64,000 nucleotides of DNA from Candidatus Kerfeldbacteria bacterium (GTDB taxonomy: Bacteria > Patescibacteriota > Patescibacteriia > UBA9570 > XYC2-FULL-38-9): assembly GCA_016182555.1 (NCBI GenBank), contig JACPGJ010000007.1, positions 192,053 to 256,052 of the forward strand. The letters are read 5' to 3'. The notes under the pieces are model-generated. The model had not been told where the DNA came from. It made no database searches and saw only the letters and a list, made by a program, of their open reading frames with translations. Positions within the stretch are counted from its first letter, which is position 1, and every line of letters begins with the position of its first letter. The position numbers and the translations under genes were made by a program. Shown here in pieces: positions 10,549 to 20,970 of this stretch.

Positions 10549-11106
10549 CTACGCAGGCTGAATAATATCAATCAATTCCTGGGCGGCGGCGTCTAGTTGG
10601 CCTTCATTGTTCGTAATACGATAATCCCAAAATTCTAAATGTTGCATTTCAGCTTTGGCAACTTCCAAACGATGTGCAATGACTTCTGGCGAATCTGAAG
10701 CGCGATTGACCAAGCGTTTCTCCAAAAATGCAAAGGATGGCGGTTGAATAAAGACGGTAATCACATCTGGAATCATCTCTTTGAACGTTCGCGCGCCTTG
10801 CGGATCAACACGAATAATAGTTACCGGATACTTTCTGCGCACCCGATCAACCTCGGTTTTGGTGCTGCCATACAAATTCCCATACACCTCGGCCCATTCC
10901 ACCATATCGCCCTGCTCCACCCGTTGTTCAAATTCTTCACGTGACACAAAATAATACGGTTGCCCCTCAGCTTCACCTGGGCGCATAGAACGGGTAGTGG
11001 TAGTGGTGATCATGCCAAAGTCCAGCCCCAATTCACGGGCTTTCCCAATGACTGAATCTTTTCCGGCACCAGAGGGGCCAGTAACCACCACCAACTTACC
11101 TTGCAT
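10549..11106 (-). CDS. gmk: guanylate kinase
   Basis: P-loop GPSGAGKDS and colinearity with Gmk (TTRSMRPGEAEGQPYYFVSREEF). Confidence 0.9.
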   Translation of the reverse strand: MQGKLVVVTGPSGAGKDSVIGKARELGLDFGMITTTTTRSMRPGEAEGQPYYFVSREEFEQRVEQGDMVEWAEVYGNLYGSTKTEVDRVRRKYPVTIIRVDPQGARTFKEMIPDVITVFIQPPSFAFLEKRLVNRASDSPEVIAHRLEVAKAEMQHLEFWDYRITNNEGQLDAAAQELIDIIQPA

Positions 11107-11118
11107 ATCTCAACGCCA

Positions 11119-13410
11119 TTAATCTTTTTGGAAAAAACGTGGTTTTCGGTTTCCGGAGCCACCTCGCCCAGCACCGCCGCCACCAAAATCACGACCGCCG
11201 CCATTTCCACCACGACCCGCGTGGCCACCAAAACCACCATTATCTTCTGGCGCTAAATCACAGGCTGCGTCTGGTGTACCGGGCGCCACCAACTCTTTGC
11301 GCGACAAACCAATGCGACCTTTTTCTTTATCGACTTCCATCACTTTCACTTTCAACATATCTCCTACTTTCAATACATCAGAAACAGCCTTAATACGCTT
11401 ATGGCAAACATTGGAAATATGGACCATACCATCTTTACCACCACCAAGGTCCACAATCGCCCCAATCTCTTTTCCACTATTACGGTCTTTCACAATGCTT
11501 GTCACTTCCCCTTCATACTCTTCTCCTACTTCAATTTCGCGCAGTAAATCTTGAATCATCTCTTTCGCTTTTTTCATTCCATCTTCATCGATAGCAGTAA
11601 TAAACACTGAACCGTCTTCTTCAATATCAATTTGCACGCCGGTTTCGTCAATAATGCCGTTAATGACTTTACCACCAGGACCGATCAACTCACCAATACG
11701 CGTTTCATCAATTTTGATTGTTTCAATACGCGGTGCATATTGGGACAACACAGGACGTGGTGCAGCAATCACCGCATTCATCTTCTCTAAAATACCGACA
11801 CGCGCTGTTTTTGCTTGTGCCAATGTATCGCGACAAATATCCAATGTAATTCCACCTAATTTAATATCCAGCTGAATGGCGGTAATACCATTGCGTGAAC
11901 CAGACACTTTAAAATCCATATCTCCAGAATGGTCTTCAATACCTTGAATATCGGTAATAATTTTATAACGTTTACGGTCTTGCGTGGTAATTAAGCCCAT
12001 CGCAATACCCGCAAGTGGTTGTTTCACCGGCACACCAGCAGCCATGAGCGCTAAACTCGATGCACAAATAGAAGCTTGTGAAGAAGAACCATTAGACATC
12101 AATACTTCAGAAACCACGCGAATGGTATAAGGAAAATCTTCTTTTTTTGGAATAATGGTTTCCAACGATTTTTCGGCAAGCATTCCGTGCCCAATATCTC
12201 GGCGAGATGGTCCACGCATTGGTTTTACTTCACCAACAGAAAAGGATGGAAAGTTATAATGATGCATGAATCGTTTTGTCCATTCCGGGTCAATACCATC
12301 AATAATTTGTGCGTCACCAGGAGCACCAAGGGTAATAGTGGAAAGCACTTGGGTTTCACCACGCTGGAAAATAGCGGAACCATGGGTACGAGGCAAAATA
12401 TCTACTTCTCCATATAATTCACGTACTTCATCTACAGCTCGGCCATCAACGCGCACGCCTTTTTCCAAAATAGCGGTTCGGAATTCTTGTTCATAATATT
12501 CTTCAAATACTTTTGAAGCTACTGCTTGTTCTTCCGACGTTGCAAATAACGCGAGTAACTGGCTTTTCACGGCTTCTTCTTTCTCTTTTCGCGCCTGTTT
12601 TTCACGAATACCAAACAAAGAAGCAATGTGTTCTTGCAAAAAGGACTCTGCTTTTGCCACCACTGCGTCATGCATTTGTTGTTCTTCTGCGGAGAGCACG
12701 GCTTTTGTTGGTTCAATTTTTGCGACACCAACCTCTTGTTGCACTTTGCGAATCAATTCAATCACTGGTTGTCCATTATTCAAACCAAATTCGAAACCGC
12801 CCATCGTTAATTCTTCACTTGCCTCTTGCCCTTTTGCTTCAATCATGACTATTTGGTCGTTTTTAACGGCCATGAGCAAATATAATTCGGCTTCAGCACG
12901 CTGTTCCGGGGTTGGATTAAGAATATATTCGCCTTTTACCGAGGCAACAGTAATACCAGCAATCGGTCCATCCCATGGAATATCAGAAATGCTGACTGCC
13001 GTAGAAGCAGCAATAAGCGCCACAAAAGCGGGATCAATCATTTGGTCGTAGGAAAGAACGTTCAAAACCACTTGAATATCGTTACGAATTCGATCATCAA
13101 ATAATGGACGCAGGGAACGATCGGTAATGCGGGCGTTCAAAACGGCTTCATCAGAAGGCCGGCCTTCACGTTTAATAAAGCGTGAACCTTTAATTTTGCC
13201 TGCCGCATACAAATTTTCTGCATATTCTACGCTTAATGGGAAATAATCTAACCCTTCCCGCAAGTGGCTGGACATGGTTGCGGTTGCAAGAACCACTGTG
13301 TCGCCGTAACGAACAAGCGCAGAACCATTGGCAAATGCTGCCAGTTTACCGGTTTCGATAGTGAGTGTTCTGCCTCCCCATTCAATAGAGAACTTTTTTG
13401 TATTGTGCAT
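11119..13410 (-). CDS. pnp: polynucleotide phosphorylase with C-terminal KH and S1 domains and a Gly/Arg-rich tail
   Basis: Two RNase PH domains, KH (IGELIGPGGKVI) and S1 domains. The C-terminus is an RGG-rich extension (GGFGGHAGRGGNGGGRDFGGGGAGRGGSGNRKPRFF). Start set at MHNTKKFSIEW. Confidence 0.95.
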   Translation of the reverse strand: MHNTKKFSIEWGGRTLTIETGKLAAFANGSALVRYGDTVVLATATMSSHLREGLDYFPLSVEYAENLYAAGKIKGSRFIKREGRPSDEAVLNARITDRSLRPLFDDRIRNDIQVVLNVLSYDQMIDPAFVALIAASTAVSISDIPWDGPIAGITVASVKGEYILNPTPEQRAEAELYLLMAVKNDQIVMIEAKGQEASEELTMGGFEFGLNNGQPVIELIRKVQQEVGVAKIEPTKAVLSAEEQQMHDAVVAKAESFLQEHIASLFGIREKQARKEKEEAVKSQLLALFATSEEQAVASKVFEEYYEQEFRTAILEKGVRVDGRAVDEVRELYGEVDILPRTHGSAIFQRGETQVLSTITLGAPGDAQIIDGIDPEWTKRFMHHYNFPSFSVGEVKPMRGPSRRDIGHGMLAEKSLETIIPKKEDFPYTIRVVSEVLMSNGSSSQASICASSLALMAAGVPVKQPLAGIAMGLITTQDRKRYKIITDIQGIEDHSGDMDFKVSGSRNGITAIQLDIKLGGITLDICRDTLAQAKTARVGILEKMNAVIAAPRPVLSQYAPRIETIKIDETRIGELIGPGGKVINGIIDETGVQIDIEEDGSVFITAIDEDGMKKAKEMIQDLLREIEVGEEYEGEVTSIVKDRNSGKEIGAIVDLGGGKDGMVHISNVCHKRIKAVSDVLKVGDMLKVKVMEVDKEKGRIGLSRKELVAPGTPDAACDLAPEDNGGFGGHAGRGGNGGGRDFGGGGAGRGGSGNRKPRFFQKD

Positions 13411-13488
13411 AGGTGTTGTATTCCCCCACACACCGCAGAGCGCTTAAATAGGCGTCTGAACGTGCGTGGGCGAATGATGAATAAATAA

Positions 13489-14034
13489 CTAATTAAATAT
13501 AATCTTTGTTTGGACCTCATCCAAAAATGCAGCATCTCCAAGAACAATATACAAATTGTTTGCAGTTTTCAATAATATATATTCCATTGATGAGCCATCT
13601 TTCGCTGACTTGCCTTGAATGCGTACACCTTCTCTACCATCCACAGTAAATGGCGTCTCTAATTCTGAACCATAACTTTCACGCATCATCTGTCCATACT
13701 CCAATGGAGCGATGATAACAGCATTTTCAGCAGCAAAATTGATATTTTTGAATGGTGCCACTTCTGTATATGATTGAATTCCGGGTGTTGAAGACATAGC
13801 CGGAATCCAAAAACCATACTGCTGAAGAAGGGTCCTTTTATCCGCATCTGAAAAACCATCTGGAGCGTTGGTATTTGCGTTATTTGTGGTATTATCTGAT
13901 GTTATTGGCTCTTCGTTAATCTCTTTTTTCGCTAAAAAAAGAACAATAATAATAATGACACCCACCAGACAGAACAACAGCAATCGGTGCTTGTGGTGCA
14001 TAGTCTGTGGCGCTTGCGAAGAAGGGGTAGGCAT
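13489..14034 (-). CDS. hypothetical membrane-anchored protein
   Basis: N-terminal TM helix (LLLFCLVGVIIIIVLFL) followed by a low-complexity N/T-rich linker. It sits between rpsO and pnp. Confidence 0.4.
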   Translation of the reverse strand: MPTPSSQAPQTMHHKHRLLLFCLVGVIIIIVLFLAKKEINEEPITSDNTTNNANTNAPDGFSDADKRTLLQQYGFWIPAMSSTPGIQSYTEVAPFKNINFAAENAVIIAPLEYGQMMRESYGSELETPFTVDGREGVRIQGKSAKDGSSMEYILLKTANNLYIVLGDAAFLDEVQTKIIFN

Positions 14035-14037
14035 GAA

Positions 14038-14310
14038 TTAAATATTGTCTTTGAGTTTGAGCGTCGTGATCAACTTTTCGTACAGTTTTGGGCTGTCTTT
14101 CTTTAAATAACGCATTAAGCGGCGACGTTGTCCCACTTTTTTCAGCAACCCCAGGCGAGAAGAAAAGTCTTTTTTGTGCATTTTCAGGTGACCCGTAAGA
14201 TCCGCAATTTCGGCGGTGAGAATAGCAATTTGGACTTGTGGCGACCCTGTATCGTTTTTATGAGTCGCAAATTTGCTAATAATAGCGTTTTTCTGTTTCT
14301 TGGAAAGCAT
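14038..14310 (-). CDS. rpsO: 30S ribosomal protein S15
   Basis: GSPQVQIAILTAEIADLTGHLKMHKKDFSSRLGLLKKVGQRRRLMRYL matches S15. Start set at the internal MLSKKQK. Classic rpsO-pnp linkage. Confidence 0.9.
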   Translation of the reverse strand: MLSKKQKNAIISKFATHKNDTGSPQVQIAILTAEIADLTGHLKMHKKDFSSRLGLLKKVGQRRRLMRYLKKDSPKLYEKLITTLKLKDNI

Positions 14311-14514
14311 AGGTTCATTTTTCACGATATCCGAGCACCTGTTCCTTAAGTCAACCCGGAGCCAAGATATCGTCATTATTAATTATAGAACGATTGTAAA
14401 ATATTTCACTCCCCTTGTCAATCTGAGCCAAAAAAACTACGTCTAAATCAAAAGAAGACGGTCCGTGAGGTACCCGCCTTCTTTTTTTTAGGTATTCCGT
14501 ATTTCAACGCTTAT

Positions 14515-17500
14515 TTATGATGCTGAAGTACGAAATGCACGCTTTTTCGATACATGAGAAGTATTATTTTTATTGAATCGCGCCTTCACAGTGAAATAAT
14601 ATGGGGTATTAGCATCTAACCCTTCTACGGTTAACTGATGCTTTTTAACAATATATTTCTGTACTAAGTCGCCATTCTTTGTATACACATTCACCACGTA
14701 TGAACTAATCACGCCAACCGGCTTACTCCAGCGCAATTTTGCTGTTTCCGCAGTGAGTTGACTTGCCTTCAGCCCAATGGGTGGAGTTGGCAGTGTACGC
14801 GTATTGAGCAGATCAGAGAATTCTGATTGAGAGCCGGTCGAACCAATCGAGCGAATTTTGAAACTATATTTCTTGTTCGCTTTCAATTTCTTAATCTTTT
14901 TGGTGAGCTTGTCGGTTGTCACCGTTTTCACCAACTTCCCGCTCTTACGGTTAATCACTTTAATCTGATATGAAGTCGCATCTCCTTCTTCATTCCATGA
15001 CAATGTGATTGCTTTTGCAAATTGAGTATCGACCGCGAAACCTGTGGGAGCTTCCAACACACCATCCGGTGTTGAGTTATCATCGTTATCTTGACCACCA
15101 TCGTTTGAATTATCATCTGCAGCAATAATGCTGCCTACAGAGGTAATAGAAAACGCAGAGAAATGATCCACACTGACAGTATAGGTATTATTCTCTGTAT
15201 CCACAACCGTACTGGGAACATCAACCCATGTGCCACCAGCTTCGTCATAATAACTCATATCCAATTCTTCTTCCGTCACGCCGGCCGCTTCCAAATTCGC
15301 TTCGTCATAAGGAAGAGTAAGTGTGGCCGTTCCGGCTAATTCGGTCACTGGAGCATTATTATCATCCGTCACACTCACCTCAATACCATAACTGAGCGTT
15401 TTATCCTCTGGTTCTTGAGCGAGTTCCAATGTTGGCTCAAGCACTACGGTCACTTGATCAATATTTTCCGATGTAATGGAATTTGCCGGCAAACTTAATT
15501 CTGTGCCATCCTCCAACGTCATCACCGCAGCATTTTGAGGATCAAATTGCGCTGTTTGCGCTTCTGGCAACTCCAAAAATTGCGTCAACAACACACTAAC
15601 GGTTTCTGTTGCAGAATCAACCACCACTTCAGACTGTTCGCTGTAATAGGAATTCTGACCAATTTGTTGCACCGCCGTGATATAGACCGTATCACCAATG
15701 ACTGCGGGAATTTCAAAATTACCATTCTCATCTGTTGTCGTTGTATAGGAATATCCATAGAGTGAATAGCTCGACACATACGCATTGGCTACACCATCGC
15801 CCTCTGCTAAGGTTCGACGATTGTTCACCGTAATGCCATACCCATCAACGATGGTACCGCTAATCGTTGCATCAGAATTTCCAAATTGGAGTGTGAGACC
15901 AGTTGCGCTCCCTGCGGTATCCGCGGTGACAGTAACCGTTTGCGGATCAATATAGTAGGTTGGTGAAGATGCGCTGACATAATACGTTCCACTTGGCACA
16001 TTCATACTGAAATTGCCATCAACATCGGAATATACATACAATTCAATATGGCCATACAGATCTTCGGTGTCACTGGTATTCTCTCCGTAACTCGTTGAGG
16101 CCTGTACATATCCTCCTTGAACGGCGTTTCCATCGGCATCAAGTAACGTACCAGAAATGGTCGCATCCGCATTTAATACATAGAGATTGAGAGATACTGT
16201 TTCATCTGCTGCTGGAGTGATTGTTTGTGAAGTATTGCCATAAGACATGTAATTATCATACGTCCAATAGCTCACATTCCACGTACCGGCAGAGAGTTTT
16301 AATGTATAATCAGATGTTCCAGCAACATACGCGTAGGTCCACCCACCATTTTCGCTACTGGCATAGACATACCCATACACATCCACCGGATTACTCTCTT
16401 GGTCAAGGAATTGACCAGTCACCGTGACATCATTTTCCAACATTTCAAGGGTCACATCTTTTGTTTCCGCTATTTCGGTAGTCACACTGGATGCGGCGAC
16501 ACCATCAATTTTCATACCGCTATAACTATACGTCGTTGTATCTGCAGTATAGTAGTATCCACTATACGAATAATACGACACGGCATAAGCTGTTTCAGAA
16601 GGAACATCCACGGTACAGGAACCAGAGTAGACATAGCAACCAAGCGACCACCACCCGCCTTCAGCATTTGGGTCATACACCGACACCCAACCATATTCGT
16701 TGGACAGTGCATTGCCGCTGTTATCTTTTGCAGTGAAACTGAGTGTTGAATCAGCGACTTGCAATAAGAAATTAATATCGCCAACGGTTTCACCATCGCC
16801 AACGGATACCACCTGACAACCGCCGGTGTACACTAAACTTCGGCCTAAATCATCAGTTAATCCCCAAGACGAAATACAAACTTGCCACTCACCATCAGTC
16901 ACTTGTAATTGATAAGAACCATCATTACTCGTGGTACCTGACGCCCATGCCCAGGTGCTATTTTCGTATGCATAGAGATAAATATTACCTACACCACCAG
17001 TGTTGGAAGTGGAAACAGTTCCTGTAATACGACTATTACGTGCTTTCAACGTAATGGTGCCCAAATCCACCGTTTCATTCTCTGCCACTTCTAACGGATC
17101 AATGGATGGGAAGGTATATCCGCTTCCCCAATCAGAGAAATAGCCATACACCGTAAATGTCCCTTCAGTGACCGGCATGGTGAATTGTCCATTGGCATCA
17201 GTATATCCATAGGTATACACGCTATTATTTTCCCCACCAGACGCATACAGATAAACCGCATACTCTCCAACCGGTAGACCGGTCTCTGGGTAGACAATCG
17301 TTCCCGTAATGTTAGATGTGTATCCCTCCACTTCAATGGCTAATGTTTCTGTTTCTACAGTACTGTCATTGGCAAATTCAACATACACGCTTCCGCCGGT
17401 GTAACTCCACGTGGAAGGGTAGGTGGTTGGATAAAGATACAAGCTCCATCCACCGCCAGTCACACTAAAAGAAAATGCACCCGTTGAATCTGTATTGGCA

Positions 17501-18927
17501 TACGCCCATGCCCAGTTGGAGGTATTATACGCATAAATATAAGCGTCCGTTACCGCCGTACCACCATTGCTGACCGTGCCTGAAATGGTTTTTGCTGCCG
17601 TAACTAATTCCAATGATAATGGAGTAATCGCCACACCCGCAGTAACAGAAATTTGTTGCGATTCTGGAGCAAAATATCCTTCTGGTAAACCATAATTACC
17701 TACATACAACGTGTAGGTATCTGTCACACCAAGCGCAAAGGAAAAATTACCCGAAGCATCGGTACAGGAATACCGATACACTGTCCAGTTCGTATTATAA
17801 ATCGACAAACAGACGTTACTGGCAACAACACCACCGGCCGTTACTGTTCCGGAAACTTCAGAAGGCGGAATGGAGATGGGATCAGCTAAACCCGATTCTA
17901 TTCCACTACTCACCGTAAAGGTATAAGAAAAATAATTATAATTGGTCGCAGATTGCGCAACATATAATGTATAGGTGCCGTCGGCAGCAAAACCACTAAT
18001 TTTTCCATCCGAATCTGTGGTACCTGATACCCAATTGGACCAATTTGCATCATACCAATACCAATATGAACCACTCACTGGATCTCCATTTTCATCTTCA
18101 AAATGTGTGACCACATTTGGTGCGGTGAACGAATATTCCACTGGCCCCATCGCCGTACCATCATACGTGAGCGTGGTTGCGCTTGGAACACTATTGGTGG
18201 TGGCTGCGCCATAATAGGAGAAGGAAACGCTATAGGTTCTATTCGTCGTTAAACCGGAAAAATAGGCCTGACCTTCGCTATCTGTTGTACCGGAAAAATA
18301 TTCGTACGTGCCGTCAGCGCCATAATAATTGACATACACATACACATCAGCAATAGGAGTCGTACCGTCAGCATCAGTGAGTAATGCAGTAAAATCAATT
18401 TGACCATAAGTCACCGTATCAGAAGCTGAAAAATAGATATAGGAATCTACACCGGACTCAGAACCATACAAACTAAAGGCTCCACTTGCTTCTACATTTG
18501 CTGGATTTTCTACACCCACAAGCGTAACAGAAACTGTTGCACCAGCAGCGAGATCGGCTGTGGGATAAAAACTCACCGATGTTTCTGATTGATATGACAC
18601 AGTTAATTCATTTGATGTAATCACCGCATTTGCCATATTCACCGATTCGGATGTATACACCGAATCAACGTAGCCATAGAGCAACGGCGAGGATAAAGAG
18701 ATATACCCTGCTGTGGTCATGGCCGTGGGCATGGTGAACGTGACGGTCAATGTGTCTGAAGCACCGGAACTCGTGTCAGTGGTAGCCACAGAGAAGTCAG
18801 TGACTTCATAGGAAAGATAATCGTAGGCATCGGCGCGTTGCGAAGGAATCAGCACGCCGAGCAGAAGAACAGCAGACATCAAAACCACTGTTTTGACGTG
18901 TGCAATGATACGTGAAGTAAAGTTCAT
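14515..18927 (-). CDS. giant secreted Ser/Thr/Tyr/Gly-rich surface protein with tandem Cna-B/prealbumin-like repeats and two C-terminal fibronectin-III domains
   Basis: Signal peptide after MNFTSRIIAHV...ADA. Repeated GTVS.GG.AV.DAYIYAY.-type beta-sandwich repeats. C-terminal FN3-like modules (APTGFAVD...YQIKV and PPIGLKASQL...YVVNV). Confidence 0.8.
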   Translation of the reverse strand: MNFTSRIIAHVKTVVLMSAVLLLGVLIPSQRADAYDYLSYEVTDFSVATTDTSSGASDTLTVTFTMPTAMTTAGYISLSSPLLYGYVDSVYTSESVNMANAVITSNELTVSYQSETSVSFYPTADLAAGATVSVTLVGVENPANVEASGAFSLYGSESGVDSYIYFSASDTVTYGQIDFTALLTDADGTTPIADVYVYVNYYGADGTYEYFSGTTDSEGQAYFSGLTTNRTYSVSFSYYGAATTNSVPSATTLTYDGTAMGPVEYSFTAPNVVTHFEDENGDPVSGSYWYWYDANWSNWVSGTTDSDGKISGFAADGTYTLYVAQSATNYNYFSYTFTVSSGIESGLADPISIPPSEVSGTVTAGGVVASNVCLSIYNTNWTVYRYSCTDASGNFSFALGVTDTYTLYVGNYGLPEGYFAPESQQISVTAGVAITPLSLELVTAAKTISGTVSNGGTAVTDAYIYAYNTSNWAWAYANTDSTGAFSFSVTGGGWSLYLYPTTYPSTWSYTGGSVYVEFANDSTVETETLAIEVEGYTSNITGTIVYPETGLPVGEYAVYLYASGGENNSVYTYGYTDANGQFTMPVTEGTFTVYGYFSDWGSGYTFPSIDPLEVAENETVDLGTITLKARNSRITGTVSTSNTGGVGNIYLYAYENSTWAWASGTTSNDGSYQLQVTDGEWQVCISSWGLTDDLGRSLVYTGGCQVVSVGDGETVGDINFLLQVADSTLSFTAKDNSGNALSNEYGWVSVYDPNAEGGWWSLGCYVYSGSCTVDVPSETAYAVSYYSYSGYYYTADTTTYSYSGMKIDGVAASSVTTEIAETKDVTLEMLENDVTVTGQFLDQESNPVDVYGYVYASSENGGWTYAYVAGTSDYTLKLSAGTWNVSYWTYDNYMSYGNTSQTITPAADETVSLNLYVLNADATISGTLLDADGNAVQGGYVQASTSYGENTSDTEDLYGHIELYVYSDVDGNFSMNVPSGTYYVSASSPTYYIDPQTVTVTADTAGSATGLTLQFGNSDATISGTIVDGYGITVNNRRTLAEGDGVANAYVSSYSLYGYSYTTTTDENGNFEIPAVIGDTVYITAVQQIGQNSYYSEQSEVVVDSATETVSVLLTQFLELPEAQTAQFDPQNAAVMTLEDGTELSLPANSITSENIDQVTVVLEPTLELAQEPEDKTLSYGIEVSVTDDNNAPVTELAGTATLTLPYDEANLEAAGVTEEELDMSYYDEAGGTWVDVPSTVVDTENNTYTVSVDHFSAFSITSVGSIIAADDNSNDGGQDNDDNSTPDGVLEAPTGFAVDTQFAKAITLSWNEEGDATSYQIKVINRKSGKLVKTVTTDKLTKKIKKLKANKKYSFKIRSIGSTGSQSEFSDLLNTRTLPTPPIGLKASQLTAETAKLRWSKPVGVISSYVVNVYTKNGDLVQKYIVKKHQLTVEGLDANTPYYFTVKARFNKNNTSHVSKKRAFRTSAS

Positions 18928-19163
18928 ACGTTGACTGCAGTTATGAATAAAATTGATTATAAAAAAACCGCTCTTATGTGCGGCGTAATACAAAAAAACG
19001 ATCGTGAATAATTCTTCTGGTTTTGTTTTGTGATCCTCCTCATCCTCCGCAATTTTTTTTAACGGCTGTACTTTTTATAGTATACCAAATTTTTTCGCAA
19101 ACGTACAGAGCTCAATAATACAGTTATTCACAGGTCTCTCTTGCGGTGTGCGACCACTGGTTA

Positions 19164-19757
19164 TTATTCCGCGGTTCGTTGAACGCGTGGTCTTGCATAA
19201 GATGATCGCGAAGAGGAACGTGATGCTGTGCGCGGAGCTAGAGGTGTGCGTGCATTGCGTTTTTTGGGAATAAGAAAACGGCTGGTATCTTGGGATAAAT
19301 CATATACCGCATCAGCTTCAGCGCGAAGTTGAGAAGAGGCCGAAGAACCGAAAGCCATCACCTCTGCACGGCACCCTTGAGCTTTCACATAACGGAGTAA
19401 TTCGGCAAAATCGCCATCACCAGAGACCAAAACAATACCATCTACTTTTTGCGCCATGCGAACCACGTCCATGGCGAGACCAACATCCCAATCACCCTTT
19501 TTTGCGCCACCATAAAAACTGAGGAGTTCTTTGCTGCGTAGCTCGTATCCACGTTCTTGTAATGCATCAAAAAAAGTATTTTCTTCTTCTTTATCGGCTT
19601 GAATGACATACGCAAAAGCGCGAATTAATTGGCGTACACCGACAGCTTCTTTAAGAATTTCTCCAAAATCGACACGCTGATCGTAGAGCGCGCGAGCTGA
19701 ATAATACATATTTTGAACGTCGACGAATACAGCAACGCGTTGAGCAGGATTTTGCAT
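19164..19757 (-). CDS. NYN-domain (LabA/DUF88-like) protein with an Arg/Ser-rich C-terminal tail
   Basis: VAVFVDVQNMYY...GIVLVSGDGDF is an NYN/PIN-like signature. The tail is RTPLAPRTASRSSSRSSYARPR. Confidence 0.7.
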   Translation of the reverse strand: MQNPAQRVAVFVDVQNMYYSARALYDQRVDFGEILKEAVGVRQLIRAFAYVIQADKEEENTFFDALQERGYELRSKELLSFYGGAKKGDWDVGLAMDVVRMAQKVDGIVLVSGDGDFAELLRYVKAQGCRAEVMAFGSSASSQLRAEADAVYDLSQDTSRFLIPKKRNARTPLAPRTASRSSSRSSYARPRVQRTAE

Positions 19758-19856
19758 AATTGTTTATTTTTGACTACTAAAAAACTGATAATTATATACA
19801 TAATACCAAAAAATATTGTGTTTGTCAATATATTAATTGTGTCGTAAAATAACAAT

Positions 19857-20828
19857 ATGAGTAATAAAAGCCAAATTCATCGATTAAAAATAGAATTTTT
19901 AGAATACCTAGAAGTAGAAAAAAACCGATCAAGCAAGACGGTACAAAATTATGATTTTTATTTAACGCGCTTTATTTCCGAAACTGGAGTACGAAGTGCG
20001 GCAGATATCACATTGCCGAAAGTGAAACGATTTCGTGTCTGGTTGAACCGTATGGCAAATGAGCGGAACCTCACCGGTACCCTGTCGAAGAGAACACAAA
20101 ATTACCATATAATCGCGCTGCGTAGTTTTTTGAAATATTTAGCGAAGATGGATGTATTGTCTTTAGCACCTGAAAAAATTGAACTCGCCAAAGAAGGTCA
20201 ACGGCAAGTAGAATTCTTGGAAGAAGATGAATTAGAGCGCATTGTGGCCGCACCGTTATTCGACAAACAGGGTGAAGCAGTAACAAAGCCAGGGCTGATT
20301 CAAATTCGCGACAAAGCACTAATGGAATTATTATTTTCTACAGGCTTGCGTGTATCTGAAGCCGCGGGTTTGCGCCGTGAACAAATACACGTAAAACGTG
20401 ATGAGTTTACCGTGCGCGGAAAAGGATCGAAATTGCGTGTCGTATTTTTGAATGATAGAGCGCGCAATTGGTTGAAGCGCTATTTGGATGCGCGTGGCGA
20501 TACATCAATGTATGTATTTGTCAGCCACGACCGCGCTAAAGCAAAAGGTCGCCGCAAAGAAGAAGATAAACCATTAAGTCCACGCTCTATTGAGCGACTC
20601 GTGGAAAAATATGCGCGACAAGCGGGCATTGTAAAAAAAGTGGGACCTCACACGATTCGCCACAGTTTTGCGACCGATTTATTACGCAATGGAGCTGATA
20701 TTCGTTCAGTGCAAGCCATGCTGGGGCATGCTTCTATTACTACCACGCAAGTATACACTCACGTGACCGATAAAGGCCTACGCGAGGCACACAAAAAATT
20801 TCACGGGAAAGGACGAAAAAATCAATAA
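19857..20828 (+). CDS. tyrosine site-specific recombinase (XerC/XerD family)
   Basis: N-terminal SAM-like core-binding domain. Catalytic region includes HTIRHSFATDLLRNGADIRSVQAMLGHASITTTQVYTHV (R, H-R, Y). Confidence 0.85.
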   Translation: MSNKSQIHRLKIEFLEYLEVEKNRSSKTVQNYDFYLTRFISETGVRSAADITLPKVKRFRVWLNRMANERNLTGTLSKRTQNYHIIALRSFLKYLAKMDVLSLAPEKIELAKEGQRQVEFLEEDELERIVAAPLFDKQGEAVTKPGLIQIRDKALMELLFSTGLRVSEAAGLRREQIHVKRDEFTVRGKGSKLRVVFLNDRARNWLKRYLDARGDTSMYVFVSHDRAKAKGRRKEEDKPLSPRSIERLVEKYARQAGIVKKVGPHTIRHSFATDLLRNGADIRSVQAMLGHASITTTQVYTHVTDKGLREAHKKFHGKGRKNQ

Positions 20829-20970
20829 ATTCAAAGTGTAAAAATGGCTAAATTTAGCCATAAAATACAATGAACTTGAATTTTAACGGTTTAACATAAA
20901 AATTAACGTGATTTTTTACTTTTTTATGTAAAAATTTGCGTTATTCAATGTAATCCTCTATAATACAGCT

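Noticed and set aside
19857-20828. The tyrosine recombinase as the integrase of the tRNA-His island
   Set aside because: It lies 3.5 kb outside the repeat-bounded segment, on the far side of two housekeeping genes and the tRNA-Arg pair. It has the canonical XerC/D architecture, so it is more likely the chromosomal dimer-resolution recombinase.
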